Below, piece after piece: positions 41,427 to 54,416 of a stretch of 64,000 bases of DNA (position 1 is its first letter; each line of letters begins with the position of its first letter). The position numbers were made by a program, and so were the translations under genes. The DNA lies in assembly GCA_050014195.1 (NCBI GenBank), contig JBEKDT010000008.1, positions 149,407 to 213,406 of the forward strand. Direction: 5' to 3'. The DNA comes from Desulfomonilia bacterium (lineage in GTDB: Bacteria; Desulfobacterota; Desulfomonilia; UBA1062). The notes below the pieces were generated by a model. That model had not been told where the DNA came from. It made no database searches and worked only from the letters and a program-made list of their open reading frames with translations.

Positions 41427-42656
41427 TTATAGATCGAGAAGCTGTAGGTAAGTATTCTTCCCCTTCACGATGAGTGCAGCCACCTTGCCCGAGGAGAGCG
41501 TGATATCCGCGCAGTAGCTTTTCGGGTAGGTTGCCACAGTCGTTCCTTCGAATTCGTCACCCGAAGCGGTGTATACGATTATCTGTGTTGCTTCGAACAT
41601 TAAAATTCTGGGCAGCCAGCGCGCTAAACCCCGATCATTCTCGAAGGTTATTATTTTTCCTCCGGCCACGACAATCCTTGGCTTCAGGTAATATCTCATG
41701 GGTGGACTGATGGTGGTGTCTTCAATAAAGTCGGGAACGATACCTGCATCATGATCCGTCTTCTTCAGTATTGAACTGCCGCTATACACTGCGAGCTTGT
41801 TATCCTGGGTGAAGGAAAGTATCTCAGGCCCTTTTGGGCCGACCTCCGATGTTACTGCAGTGATCATATCAAGACCGTTGGGCAGTTGGGGGGAAGATCC
41901 GTCAAGCTGTTTTGCAGGCAGCCATCTATAAGATATGGAGCTCGTTTTGTCCGAATAGATCTCGGATACAACCAGTCCTTTGCCGAGAGGCACTACGGCT
42001 TTGTCCCATCGGTCGAGGGTCTTCCCGTCCTTGATCTTGAATGACCTGAAATTATAATCCAGTTTTCCCAGGACAATAAGCGTGTCTTGATAGGGGTAGA
42101 TCCTAAGGATCTCGATCTTTCCTGGTGTGTGCCATACGGGTGAAGGTTTCTCTCCCTTCAGCTCATAAACCGTGGTCGGGTCGCTTATGAATATCCTTTC
42201 TCCGATCGAAGCTATGGAATTGGCGACAAAGGGAAGCTTCAGCTTTGCGCCCGTGACATTTCTCAGCACGTTTTCCTTCTGAGGCTCTGCCTTGTAAGGC
42301 ACGACCTGGGCTTCCGGTGCAGCGATAAACATCGTTCCGATCATTTCATCTATTGTGCCGGACAGGTTGGCGGTGTCCTTCAGGTCCTTATGGAATGCCT
42401 GCGGAGGAACCGTGTCGAGAACTGCATCATAGGAGATGACGTCTCCGAGCTTGATGATTGTGACATTGAGCTTTTTGTAGCTTTCGAGGTGAACTCCCTT
42501 GGAGATGCATCGGGCAACAATGGTTTTTTCAATCCCTACCTTCAACGTTCCGAGATCCTGCGGGCCCGTGATGTCCACGCTGACATCCATGGCATATGTC
42601 AAGCCGGGAAAAGATAAAAATACCACCATGAAGAGGATGAAGATGTTCTTTCTCAT
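41427..42656 (-). CDS. Exported hypothetical protein (beta-rich)
   Basis: 409 aa with signal peptide, RBS AGGAG. Confidence 0.75.
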   Translation of the reverse strand: MRKNIFILFMVVFLSFPGLTYAMDVSVDITGPQDLGTLKVGIEKTIVARCISKGVHLESYKKLNVTIIKLGDVISYDAVLDTVPPQAFHKDLKDTANLSGTIDEMIGTMFIAAPEAQVVPYKAEPQKENVLRNVTGAKLKLPFVANSIASIGERIFISDPTTVYELKGEKPSPVWHTPGKIEILRIYPYQDTLIVLGKLDYNFRSFKIKDGKTLDRWDKAVVPLGKGLVVSEIYSDKTSSISYRWLPAKQLDGSSPQLPNGLDMITAVTSEVGPKGPEILSFTQDNKLAVYSGSSILKKTDHDAGIVPDFIEDTTISPPMRYYLKPRIVVAGGKIITFENDRGLARWLPRILMFEATQIIVYTASGDEFEGTTVATYPKSYCADITLSSGKVAALIVKGKNTYLQLLDL

Positions 42657-42845
42657 TGTAGCTCCTTTCCGGCAACATTCGACTTTATAAAAGCATATAG
42701 CACAGATTGTAGCTCTGACAAAGGACTGACTACTATAGATTCACAGGCAATGAAACTTAATCACTTGACAGTTTCGGGGTGTTTCTATATACAATCTCCT
42801 TCTTGTACAGATCAGCCGCACAGAGAGGGGGTGTTTGATCAACGC

Positions 42846-43049
42846 ATGCCCGGTATTAAAGTGAGAGAGACCGAGCCTTTTGAGGGCGCTCTCAAGCGCT
42901 TCAAAAAGCAGGTGGAAAAGGCGGGTGTTCTCTCCGAGGTACGCAAACGTGAGTTCTACGAAAAACCGAGTGTAAAGAGAAAGCGCAAGGCAATTGCGGC
43001 CCGGAAGAGAGCAGTGAAGAGAATGAGCAAGGTAAGATCCTACTACTAA
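42846..43049 (+). CDS. rpsU: 30S ribosomal protein S21
   Basis: [22 protein letters not shown]…REFYEKPS. Confidence 0.96.
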   Translation: MPGIKVRETEPFEGALKRFKKQVEKAGVLSEVRKREFYEKPSVKRKRKAIAARKRAVKRMSKVRSYY

Positions 43050-43486
43050 TGCTGACAGAAAAGATCAAAACCGATCTGGAAGCCGCCATGAAGGCGCAGG
43101 ACAAAGACAGGGTTTCGTGTCTGCGCATGGCGATTTCAGCAATCAAGTACAGGCAGGTTGCACTGAATCAGGACCTTGACGACCAGGAGGTCATCAAGGT
43201 CCTGCGAACTCAGATCAAGCAGGTCACTGAATCTCTTGAGCAGTTCACCAAAGGGAACAGGAAGGATCTTGCGGATAAGGAAGAAAAGAACCTTGAAATC
43301 CTCAAGACCTATCTGCCCAAGGAACTGGATGAAGAGGCCATAAAGACCATCGTCAGGGAGATCATTGCCGAAACCGGCGCCACCAAGAAGGAATTCGGGA
43401 AGGTTATGAAACTCGTTATGGCCAAAGTTGCAGGCCAGGCGGACGGCAAGGTCATCAGCGGCATAGTAAATTCTTTACTTAAGTGA
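43049..43486 (+). CDS. yqeY: GatB/YqeY domain protein
   Basis: DLEAAMKAQDK…YLPKEL…GKVMK…GQADGK; follows rpsU. Confidence 0.92.
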   Translation: MLTEKIKTDLEAAMKAQDKDRVSCLRMAISAIKYRQVALNQDLDDQEVIKVLRTQIKQVTESLEQFTKGNRKDLADKEEKNLEILKTYLPKELDEEAIKTIVREIIAETGATKKEFGKVMKLVMAKVAGQADGKVISGIVNSLLK

Positions 43487-43539
43487 CTTCACATACTCTT
43501 TAGCGGCAACAACAATATAGTTGCCTGGTTCGCACCTCC

Positions 43540-45807
43540 ATGAGACATGACCTGTTAGAGTTCTCCGCTCTGAAGGAGTACATACAGCCTTATGTTTCCT
43601 CCGATATCGGACAAAGCGCCCTTATGGGCTTAAGTCCGGGCGACTCCTGGGAGGAAGCACGGCACCGGCTTGCCTTGCTCAGCGAGATGATGGCCCTTAT
43701 CAATACCGGGATATCTCCTGTGGTCGCCGCTATCGCCGACATACGGCCCTTGCTCACGATAAGGGAGGGTGCGGTGCTGGAGGGGCAGGATCTTGTCAAG
43801 GTTGCGGGCGCCCTGGCCGACATGGCCAAACTGAGAAGGGAATTGACGGCATCAGGCGGACTGCTGGCCCAGACGGCATCAAGGATTGAACCTCTCGATC
43901 ATGTATCCTCTCAGATAGATGCCATGCTCCTGCCCACCGGAGATGTTTCTGATGAGGCATATCCCTTGCTGAGGGATCTGCGCTCCCGCTATCGCACTAT
44001 CCGGACAACCGTCCTGGAGAAGCTCGAACAGCTCCTGGAGAGGCTGAAACCCAAATCAGTACTGATGGAGGAGCTCATCACCAAGAGAAACGACCGCTAC
44101 GTGATCCCGGTACGGCACGACTACCATCTTCATCTTAAAGGTATCACGCACGACTACTCAAGGACGAACCGGACCGTTTATGTGGAGCCGCTGTCCGTAG
44201 TGAACGAGAACAACACCTTGAATCAGATAAAGGCCCAGATCATAGAAGAGGAGCATAAGGTGCTCAAGGAGCTTACCTCGCTGGTCCATGAACATACAGC
44301 CGACATCGGAGAGAATCTGGATGTCTATGGAAGGCTCGACCTGCTTGTTGCCTGCTCCCGATGGGCCATCCACAGGGATGCCGCTATCCCGAGAATTACC
44401 GGGGAGGAGATACACCTTATGAATGCGCGGCACCCGATCCTGCTGGAACGTCTCGGTATGGGCGCCACGGTGCCTCTTGACATCCGAATCCCAAAGGGCA
44501 AGGACTGCCTCATCATCACCGGCCCCAATGCCGGCGGCAAGACCGTGGCCTTAAAGACGTTGGGACTGCTCATTCTCATGGCAAAAAGCGGCCTGGCAAT
44601 CCCCGCAGGGGCTGATTCCGTCATCGCTCCCTTGGGCAGCATCTGGGTGGAGATGGACACGAATCAGGACATCACCCACGACCTGTCGTCATTCACCGCG
44701 CATGCCCTTTCCCTGAAAAACATCTATGAGCAAGCCTGCACCAACGACCTTGTACTGCTGGATGAGCCGGGCTCGGGTACGGATCACGATCAGGGGGGAG
44801 CCCTTGCCGTATCCTGTATCGATGCATTGCGCAAGAAAGGTGTGAAGGTTGTGGTGACCTCGCATTCCGACCTCGTCAAGCTCTACGGCATCACCTCGGA
44901 CGGGGTGGAGCATGCGGCAACGGCCTTTGATGATACCGGTCTCAAGCCGTTATATGCCCTCCAGTACGGGGTGGTGGGTCAGAGCAGGGCGTTTGAGATC
45001 CTGGAATCCATTGCGTTCCCGCATGATCTTATCGTGGAGGCACGTGAAATAGCAGGCCGTACAGGTAATTCCCCGCTCGCCCAGGCTATTCAAGACATCT
45101 CGAAGGCCTCGTTCATGAGGCAGGAGGCCGAGCGCATACTCGATGAAGCGAGAATGTTCAAGGACAAGGCAGAGCAGGAACTGCAATCCAGGAAAAAAGA
45201 GAGGACCCAAAGTGCCCTACGATACAAGAGGCTCTTAGAACAGATCGAACAACTTTCCCGGAGACAGGTGACCCGCGAGACCGCCCATGCAGTCCGCGAG
45301 ATGCCCGAGGCCGTAGAGCTTGAGCGGATCCTTTCCGAGATAGCACCCGCGCAGGTGCTGGACATCCAAAAAGGGTGCACGGTGAGGCTCAAGGGCACTG
45401 AGCAGGAGGGCGAAGTGGTGGAGGTAGGGCAGGATTCGGCCGAGGTCGTCTTCGGCACGATGCGGGCGCAGGTGGGCCTGGATCAGCTCGATGTCGTCTA
45501 CCAGCCCGAGGAGGGAAAGACGAGGAGCCAAACCGTGTCTCGCTTGAAAACGCCACCCCCGGTCTTACCTATCAAGGTGGTGGGCATGAGGGTGGATGAG
45601 GCGATACCTCTTGTGGAGAGGGCCATAGACCGTGCCATGCTTACGGGCCAGGACGAGCTCGAGATCATACACGGGGCAGGAACCGGCAGGCTCAAGAAGG
45701 CCATACGCGAGTATCTTAAAGGACTGCCGTGCGTAAGGACCATGCATGACGCCCCCATGGCCGAGGGCGGAGGTAACAAGACCATCGTGCTGCTCGGGGT
45801 GAAATAG
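43540..45807 (+). CDS. mutS2: Endonuclease MutS2
   Basis: ITGPNAGGKT, LSSFTAH, LLDEPGSGTD, C-terminal Smr IIHGAGTG. Confidence 0.92.
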   Translation: MRHDLLEFSALKEYIQPYVSSDIGQSALMGLSPGDSWEEARHRLALLSEMMALINTGISPVVAAIADIRPLLTIREGAVLEGQDLVKVAGALADMAKLRRELTASGGLLAQTASRIEPLDHVSSQIDAMLLPTGDVSDEAYPLLRDLRSRYRTIRTTVLEKLEQLLERLKPKSVLMEELITKRNDRYVIPVRHDYHLHLKGITHDYSRTNRTVYVEPLSVVNENNTLNQIKAQIIEEEHKVLKELTSLVHEHTADIGENLDVYGRLDLLVACSRWAIHRDAAIPRITGEEIHLMNARHPILLERLGMGATVPLDIRIPKGKDCLIITGPNAGGKTVALKTLGLLILMAKSGLAIPAGADSVIAPLGSIWVEMDTNQDITHDLSSFTAHALSLKNIYEQACTNDLVLLDEPGSGTDHDQGGALAVSCIDALRKKGVKVVVTSHSDLVKLYGITSDGVEHAATAFDDTGLKPLYALQYGVVGQSRAFEILESIAFPHDLIVEAREIAGRTGNSPLAQAIQDISKASFMRQEAERILDEARMFKDKAEQELQSRKKERTQSALRYKRLLEQIEQLSRRQVTRETAHAVREMPEAVELERILSEIAPAQVLDIQKGCTVRLKGTEQEGEVVEVGQDSAEVVFGTMRAQVGLDQLDVVYQPEEGKTRSQTVSRLKTPPPVLPIKVVGMRVDEAIPLVERAIDRAMLTGQDELEIIHGAGTGRLKKAIREYLKGLPCVRTMHDAPMAEGGGNKTIVLLGVK

Positions 45808-47540
45808 ATGGACAAATCCCAGGTCGAGAGGGTCAAGACGAGCAGTGATATCGTTGCAGTTGTCTCGGAATACGTGCATCTCAACAAGAAGGGGAAGTCC
45901 TTCTGGGGGCTGTGCCCCTTTCACAGCGAGAAGACCCCCTCGTTTCATGTGGACCCGGACAAACAGATCTTCAGGTGCTTCGGGTGCAACAAGGGGGGCG
46001 ATGTGTTCAGCTTTGTCATGGAAAAAAAAGGGTTGAGCTTTGCCGAGGCCCTCACCGAGCTTGCCCTCAAGGCCGGCATCACCCTGGAGAAAGAGAAAAG
46101 GCAGTTATCGTCCGAGAAAAAGATCTACTACGACGCCAATAGGGCTGCCATGGCCTTTTTCGAGCAGCAACTCGCTTCTTCCAGTGGTGAAGGTGCACGG
46201 AGATATTTATCGGGCAGGGGCATCACGGAGGAGACCATCCGGATCTTTCATATCGGCTTTGCACCGGACTCCTGGGACAGCCTCTCGACATACCTGAAGG
46301 GTAAGGGTATATCGCAGGCTGCAGCCGAAAAGGCAGGACTCATCGCACCGAGAAAGAGCGGCGGTTTTTATGACCGGTTCCGCGGCAGGGTCATGTTCCC
46401 CATCATTGACCTCACCGGTGAGGTCATCGGGTTCGGCGGACGGGTCATGGGCGGGGGAGAACCGAAATACCTCAATACACCGGAAAGTCCCATCTTCGAA
46501 AAAAAGAGGGTACTCTACAACCTCCATGCCTCGCGGAACCAGCTCCGTCAGGGCGGGGCGGTCATAGTGGAGGGGTACATGGATGTGGTATCTCTGGCCA
46601 ATGCAGGGTTCTCTTCGGCAGTGGCAACGCTGGGTACCGCCCTCGGTGAGGATCATGTCCGCCTATTGCGCCGCTTCACCGATGATATCACCCTTGTCTT
46701 CGACGGCGATTCGGCAGGCAGGAATGCCATGGTGAGGGCACTGGAGCCGTTTCTGGCGAGTGATGTCATCCCAAGGGTGGTCATCCTGCCCCAAGGCAAG
46801 GACCCGGACGACATCGCACGTGAGGGCATCGGCATCTGGAACTCTTTTCTCTCATCGGCCCAGGACATCTGGGATCTGATGTTTCATGAATCTTTTTCCC
46901 GGTATGATCCATCAAAAATCCGTGGTCAGAATGCGATTTTAAAGGAACTTGCGCCGATGTTTGCACACCTGCACGATCATGCCATGCGCGATCTCCTGGC
47001 TCAGAGACTTGCAGTTAAGCTCGGGGTGTCACCGGAATTAGTGTTGAAAAGAATCAGACCCGAAGTCGATCCGGCAGAACAGCAGAACACTTCTCAGGCA
47101 GGCGGTGAGCGGGATAACCTGGAGACGACATTGACAAGGCTCATGCTTTCCGACAGCAGGTCAGTCGAGATCATGAGGACCTCCAAAATGACATTCGAAT
47201 TCCAGAATAAAGTCCTATCGAGGCTTTTTAACTATATCCTGGAGCACGGCAGCGATGCAATTGACGATGTATCCTGCCCTGATGAAGTACGGATGACGGC
47301 ATCAAAGATCATGGCTTTAGGGGAATTCCCCGGAGATACAAAAAAGGCCTTGATTGATACCGTGTGCCGGTTTATGAGTCTAGCGTTCGACGAGGAGCTC
47401 AGAAAAATTCAAGACGAGCTGAATAATGCCGAGAAGACGCAGGACAGAAACAAACGCAACGAGCTACAGAGGCATAAACAAGAGATGCAACTCAAGAAGA
47501 AGAACCTGCGCTCGCATGTGATGGAGGTATTTGAGAAGAG

Positions 47541-47544
<4 letters not shown>
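45808..47544 (+). CDS. dnaG: DNA primase
   Basis: [33 protein letters not shown]. Confidence 0.96.
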
Positions 47545-49255
<1,711 letters not shown>

Positions 49256-49259
<4 letters not shown>

Positions 49260-49306
49260 GAGTGGCTTTAGCCGCGAAACCTTATCGCGCCTGAAGGCGC
49301 TCCTAC
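49256..49306. repeat. GTAG-type REP doublet
   Basis: Copy of 2275-2326 element. Confidence 0.75.
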
Positions 49307-49317
49307 AAAGAATGGAT

Positions 49318-49348
49318 AAAAAAAGCCCGCCTGAAGGCGGGCTTTTTT
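49318..49348. terminator. Bidirectional intrinsic terminator
   Basis: A-tract-gcccgcc-tgaa-ggcgggc-T-tract between convergent genes. Confidence 0.9.
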
Positions 49349-49368
49349 ATTTCGCATGGTTGATCGAG

Positions 49369-50745
49369 CTAGAAGTTAATCTTGATCATGTGCTGTACTG
49401 CAAGAATAGCGTCTGGATTCTCTATAGGAGGGGCCCCGGGTACTACTGAATTGGATACAATGGTTCTCCCTTTAGTTGATAAATCGCATTTACCATAGCC
49501 TGCCCCGATTGAGTAGACCACATATTTGCTCAGCTGATAGGCTACGCCGAGGTCGACTTCATAGGCCTTTGCGCCGTCCCACATAGTATCCTTCTGATTT
49601 GAGGACATGTAGCTAACGGATGCGCTGGCGGTAAGATTAGGAATCGGGGTCTTGATATCGACGATGTACGGTTTGATCATGGTGAAGGCCATGAGGTCTG
49701 ATCCATCAATATCTCCTTCCCATGCGTTCTCGCCTAGCGGCACACTGAGAGGGTTCTCATAATCAGCGCCATGGCCGCCGAAGATGAGGTTGGATTTGAA
49801 GTCATTACCTGAGTCAAATCCCCATCCCATAGCTTTGCCTGTCACGGGGTTTTTGTAACCGGCATTCTTATCCCAACTGTCGTAAACTAACGTAAGGCCG
49901 GGTTTAGCAACATCGAGAGCCTTGAACACGGTGACATATGCGCCCCAGACAGTTGGATCCTTAAATGCGTCGCTGTATACGGATGTGAAATGCCAGGACT
50001 TATATCCAAACTCTGAATCGAAAGACACCGGTCCGAGATCACCGTTCAGCTCAAGGGCATAGTAACCTATCCTTGAATCCGGATATGGAGTAAGAGGTCC
50101 TGCGGTAAACCCACTGCTCCAATTTAAAAGGTAGACAAGTCCTTTGACCCAGATATCACCGGCCTTGGTAACGGCAAAAAAGGCTATATCGTTTGCATCT
50201 TTATAGTTGTTAGCAGGGATATCTTCATTGCTTTGTTCAGCAAACTTTTCGAGCACGACGCCGAATAGTCCCACCGGGGTCGTCTGTGAAAACTTAACAC
50301 GGTAGGCATTTCCCTCATTATCAGCAAATGAGGAGCCAAATGTAAAGGCTTCCTGGAGACCCACATCCAAGACGGAGTCTTTCGAGAAGTGGTAGGTGAT
50401 GTATGCACGATCCACTAAGATATTACTGGGCATATTGGGGGTAGAGCCAGGATCAACCATGTCAAAAGCAGCATACGAAGAATCCCAGATTTGTTTACGA
50501 ATAGCAAACCTCATATTGATCTCGGCGTTGTCCATCGTGATCTTAGGGTATAGGAAGAAACCGCCGTCGTAGAAGGCTTGCGTAGTATCAAAAGCCGATT
50601 TTCCCTCTGGCTTGTCCAGAAAGGCCTGATTCCTAATATAATCGCCACGTTCCCACGCATCACCGCTTATGCTGAATGTGACGTCAGCATAAACAGCAGT
50701 AGCAAAGAGTACAATGAGTAATGTTAATAAACCTTTCTTCATCAT
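49369..50745 (-). CDS. Outer-membrane porin-like protein
   Basis: Signal peptide, VDRAYI motif, terminal KINF. Confidence 0.8.
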   Translation of the reverse strand: MMKKGLLTLLIVLFATAVYADVTFSISGDAWERGDYIRNQAFLDKPEGKSAFDTTQAFYDGGFFLYPKITMDNAEINMRFAIRKQIWDSSYAAFDMVDPGSTPNMPSNILVDRAYITYHFSKDSVLDVGLQEAFTFGSSFADNEGNAYRVKFSQTTPVGLFGVVLEKFAEQSNEDIPANNYKDANDIAFFAVTKAGDIWVKGLVYLLNWSSGFTAGPLTPYPDSRIGYYALELNGDLGPVSFDSEFGYKSWHFTSVYSDAFKDPTVWGAYVTVFKALDVAKPGLTLVYDSWDKNAGYKNPVTGKAMGWGFDSGNDFKSNLIFGGHGADYENPLSVPLGENAWEGDIDGSDLMAFTMIKPYIVDIKTPIPNLTASASVSYMSSNQKDTMWDGAKAYEVDLGVAYQLSKYVVYSIGAGYGKCDLSTKGRTIVSNSVVPGAPPIENPDAILAVQHMIKINF

Positions 50746-50866
50746 TTCCTCCCCTAGTTTTATGTTTTCTTTTTTATTTATCAGGCTTGCCCTCCCTCAT
50801 GCAGCTTTTAAGCAATGCCTGAACCCTTGTAAACCAACACTGCACCTACAAATCCTAAAGTTTATA

Positions 50867-50950
50867 TTCAACTTATGTGCCAATCTAAAAAAGATAATGA
50901 TAACAACAAAATAACACTAGTCTTGAAAAATGATGTTGTAAATCTACAAC
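50867..50950 (-). promoter_or_regulatory. sigma54 promoter and upstream palindrome for porin
   Basis: TGGCAC-N5-TTGAA (50882-50867); GTTGTA-N4-TACAAC at 50935-50950. Confidence 0.6.
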
Positions 50951-51144
50951 GATGCGAGAATCCATTCGTTGTAAAATTAATACAGGAGAGGATCTTTGCT
51001 TGCCCTTCCTCATTAAGCATCATAACACTTCCCCGGCTCCTTGTTTCTTGACTCTACGTCAATGCATGCAATAGAATGCCTTGTATTGCCTTACGTATCG
51101 GGCATGTAAAATAAATTCATTAATCATAAAAGCATGGAGGCGGG

Positions 51145-52515
51145 ATGAATCCCGAAGTATTCAGGGAATACGACATTCGGGGGATTGTGGGTGTCGATCT
51201 GGATGAACAATTCGTGAGACAGCTTTCCCGGGCCATTGGCGTATATTTCCGTGATCGTGGAGTTAAACGCATCAGCCTGGGCATGGATGCGCGTCTGAGC
51301 TCTCCTGCCTTCAAAGAAACCCTTAAAGAGGGCCTCACGGCAAGTGGAATTGAGGTGATCGACCTCGGCATGGTGCCTACGCCGGTGATGTACTTCTCGC
51401 TCTTTAGACTCGATGTGGACGGGGGCATAGAGGTGACCGGTTCCCATAATCCTGCGGACAACAACGGTTTTAAGATAGCTTTTGGCAAGACGACCATCTA
51501 TGGCGAGGAGATCCTGAAGATCAAGGCCATTATCGAACAGGGCAGGACCATCAGCGGGAACGCCCGGAGTACTTCCTATGATATCATCCCGGAATATGTG
51601 GATGATATCGTCTCACGCATCAAGCCCGGGGGAAGGCGGTTGAAGGTAGTAATTGATCCGGGTAATGGCGTGGGGGGTGCCCCAGCCATGGCCGTATTCA
51701 ACGATCTGGGAATGGATGTAAGCGGCATTTGCCTTGAGCCGGACGGGAATTTTCCCAACCACCACCCGGACCCCACAACCCTTGAAGGGATTACCATGCT
51801 GAAGGCTGAGGTGTTGAAGAAGGGTGCGGATATAGGTATCGGATACGACGGGGATGCAGACCGCATCGGTGTCATTGATGCCCGGGGGAATGCCGTCTAT
51901 GGCGATATGATCACTGCCATCCTTGCCCGCGATATCTTGAAAAAGAAGAGAGGCGAGAAGATCATCGGCGAGGTGAAGTGTTCCAAGGCCTTTTTCGATG
52001 AGGTGGTAAAGGCAGGCGGCATCCCTATCATGGGCAAGGTCGGGCACTCGCTCATGAAGGCGCGACTTATCCAGGAACAGGCAGCCCTTGCCGGTGAGAT
52101 GAGCGGACATATCTTTTTTCTCGACCGGTGGTATGGGTTTGATGACGCCATCTATGCGTCAGCCAGGCTCATGGAGATCCTCTCCAAGGAGGCTGAACCC
52201 CAGGCCGTCTTCGATAGCCTGCCCAAGGTTGAGAATACCCCTGAGATCCGTATAGAGTGCCCGGACCGTATCAAGTTCGAGGCGGTAGAGAGGTTCAAGG
52301 CCTATGCAAAGGGTCAATACGGCGAGTGTGTTGATATCGACGGCGTGCGGTTTACCAGGGGCGACACGTGGGGGCTGGTGAGGCCCTCCAACACCCAGCC
52401 TGTCATTGTACTGAGATTTGAGGCTCGCGAAAAGGAATCCCTTAAACAAATCGAGGACGATACCCGGGTCCGCCTGGATGAGATTATTCGAGACCTAAAA
52501 AACAGCGGCTCATGA
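51145..52515 (+). CDS. Phosphomannomutase/phosphoglucomutase
   Basis: FREYDIRG, TGSHNP, DGDADR, GEMSGH. Confidence 0.95.
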   Translation: MNPEVFREYDIRGIVGVDLDEQFVRQLSRAIGVYFRDRGVKRISLGMDARLSSPAFKETLKEGLTASGIEVIDLGMVPTPVMYFSLFRLDVDGGIEVTGSHNPADNNGFKIAFGKTTIYGEEILKIKAIIEQGRTISGNARSTSYDIIPEYVDDIVSRIKPGGRRLKVVIDPGNGVGGAPAMAVFNDLGMDVSGICLEPDGNFPNHHPDPTTLEGITMLKAEVLKKGADIGIGYDGDADRIGVIDARGNAVYGDMITAILARDILKKKRGEKIIGEVKCSKAFFDEVVKAGGIPIMGKVGHSLMKARLIQEQAALAGEMSGHIFFLDRWYGFDDAIYASARLMEILSKEAEPQAVFDSLPKVENTPEIRIECPDRIKFEAVERFKAYAKGQYGECVDIDGVRFTRGDTWGLVRPSNTQPVIVLRFEAREKESLKQIEDDTRVRLDEIIRDLKNSGS

Positions 52516-52764
52516 GAAACAGGTACCCCGTGCCTTGCGTTACCAAAGATTATGTTACAGGCATTAAGGTACTTAGGGGCATCGTGTTGACGGGCTCTCC
52601 CTCGCAATGACAGTGCGGCACAGTCTCATAATAGTGGGGAGAAGGTCTTCGGTGAGGGGGCCCAAATAGATACAAAGCATCCTTGCAGGGAATGTATTGC
52701 ATGGACCGGCTTTATACGATAGGCTATGAACAGGTGTAGCTCATAGAATATATGAGGTCCTGCA

Positions 52765-53418
52765 ATGAGAAGAGGAGCAATAGGTTTTCTGGCGTTTGTC
52801 TGTGCGATCTTCATCTTCCTGCCCCCGGTATGTCTGCAGGCCAAGGGGATGTATGTGAGGGACTGGATCGTCATCACGCTGCGCTCCACTCCGAATGAAT
52901 CATCTGAAGCCGTGGGCATGGCAAGCACCAACGATCTTGTGGAAGTGCTGGAGGAAGGTGCTGGCTGGACACGGATCCAGACTAAAGACGGAAAAGAGGG
53001 ATGGGTCTCCAGCCGCTTCCTGAGCGTGCAGCCGCCCAAGACCTTTTTTGTGAAGCAACTTGAGGAGAAGATCAAGGCCCTGCAGGAGGAGAACATGCGG
53101 CTTCAGGGCCTCTCTTCCGCCCGGACTTCCGGTGGAGTTGCTTCTCCCGGTTCGGGACAGCAAGGTATGGTGGTGCCGCCCGAGGTCGCCTTCAGTGACT
53201 GCCCCGGGCTCAAGCAGGGTTATGACAAGCTGTTCAAAGATTCACAGGATTGCTCAAAAAAGATGATTTCCATTGCCGAGGAGAACAACAGATTGAAGAC
53301 CTCCGAAAGGCTCATCTTCACCTTTATCGGTGGTGCATTCATCATAGGCGGGATTGTAATCGGGCTGTTCGTCCAGATGATCAGGGCGCGCCCCAAGAAA
53401 CAAGGCTACAGATTCTAA
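52765..53418 (+). CDS. SH3 domain membrane protein (YgiM-like)
   Basis: Signal peptide, GWTRIQ..GKEGWV, coiled coil, C-terminal TM. Confidence 0.82.
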   Translation: MRRGAIGFLAFVCAIFIFLPPVCLQAKGMYVRDWIVITLRSTPNESSEAVGMASTNDLVEVLEEGAGWTRIQTKDGKEGWVSSRFLSVQPPKTFFVKQLEEKIKALQEENMRLQGLSSARTSGGVASPGSGQQGMVVPPEVAFSDCPGLKQGYDKLFKDSQDCSKKMISIAEENNRLKTSERLIFTFIGGAFIIGGIVIGLFVQMIRARPKKQGYRF

Positions 53419-53435
53419 AAAAAGTGGGTGGTGCT

Positions 53436-54416
53436 ATGCTGAAAAAATATGAACGAATGAGCGCACAGGTAACCTTCAAGGGAATCCTGAAGGCCAATGC
53501 TGCTATTAAAACCTACATCCACAGGACAAACCTCATGTATTATTCGGAGCTCAGCAGGATCATCGGGTGCGATGCATTCGTCAAGCACGAAAACCACCTC
53601 CCCACCGGCTCCTTCAAGATACGCGGGGCGCTCAACTTCTTCCAGACTATTCCCAAGGAGGATGTGGCCAATGGTGTGCTCGTTTCCACCCGCGGGAATC
53701 ACGGACTCGCCATGGCATGGGCAGGCCAGTGGTTTCATACCCCCTGTACCGTGGTTGTGCCTGAGAACAACAACCCCGAGATAAACCGCATCATCGAGAG
53801 CTTCGGTGCCGAACTCATCGTGCATGGGCATGATTTCTACGACGCCCAGTTCTACTGCGATGAGCTGGTGGCTGCTGCCGGCTACTACTATGTGGAGCAG
53901 GGCAACGAGCCAGAGATGTTGAACGGCATCGGCACGATGGGCCTGGAGATCTTCGAGGATCTGCCCGACGTTGACGTGATCATCTGCCCTATCGGCGGTG
54001 GCGGTGGCTGCGCTTCATTGCTGAAGGCGGCCCAGGCGGTCAATCCTGAGGTGGAGATCATCGGCGTACAGGCCGAGAAAGCCCCCGCCTTTGCCAAGGC
54101 CCTTAAGCAGGGTGAATGGGTGGTGCTCGACGATGCGGATACCATTGCGGACGGCTTGGCGGCAAGGAGCGTTTTCCAGCTCCCGTACGTAATCATGAAG
54201 GACCATATCAAGGAGGTTATCCTGCTCACTGAGGATGAGATCCTGGAAGGTATCCGTATGGCGCTGATCACTACGCACAACCTCGCCGAGGGTGCCGGGG
54301 CGGCATCACTGATCGCCGCAGTAAAGATTAAGGAAAAGCTTAAAGGCAAGAAGGTGGTGCTCATCATGTCGGGAGGGAACCTTGACAGGGCTCACCTGGA
54401 GCTTGCACTGCGCTAG
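53436..54416 (+). CDS. Threonine/serine dehydratase
   Basis: KHENHLPTGSFKIRGA, STRGNHG, GGGGG, SGGNLD. Confidence 0.9.
   Translation: MLKKYERMSAQVTFKGILKANAAIKTYIHRTNLMYYSELSRIIGCDAFVKHENHLPTGSFKIRGALNFFQTIPKEDVANGVLVSTRGNHGLAMAWAGQWFHTPCTVVVPENNNPEINRIIESFGAELIVHGHDFYDAQFYCDELVAAAGYYYVEQGNEPEMLNGIGTMGLEIFEDLPDVDVIICPIGGGGGCASLLKAAQAVNPEVEIIGVQAEKAPAFAKALKQGEWVVLDDADTIADGLAARSVFQLPYVIMKDHIKEVILLTEDEILEGIRMALITTHNLAEGAGAASLIAAVKIKEKLKGKKVVLIMSGGNLDRAHLELALR

Noticed and set aside
42750-42845. N-terminal extension of rpsU
   Set aside because: S21 homology starts at 42846
53250-53435. N-terminal extension of the dehydratase ORF
   Set aside because: Overlaps the SH3 gene; a better start is at 53436
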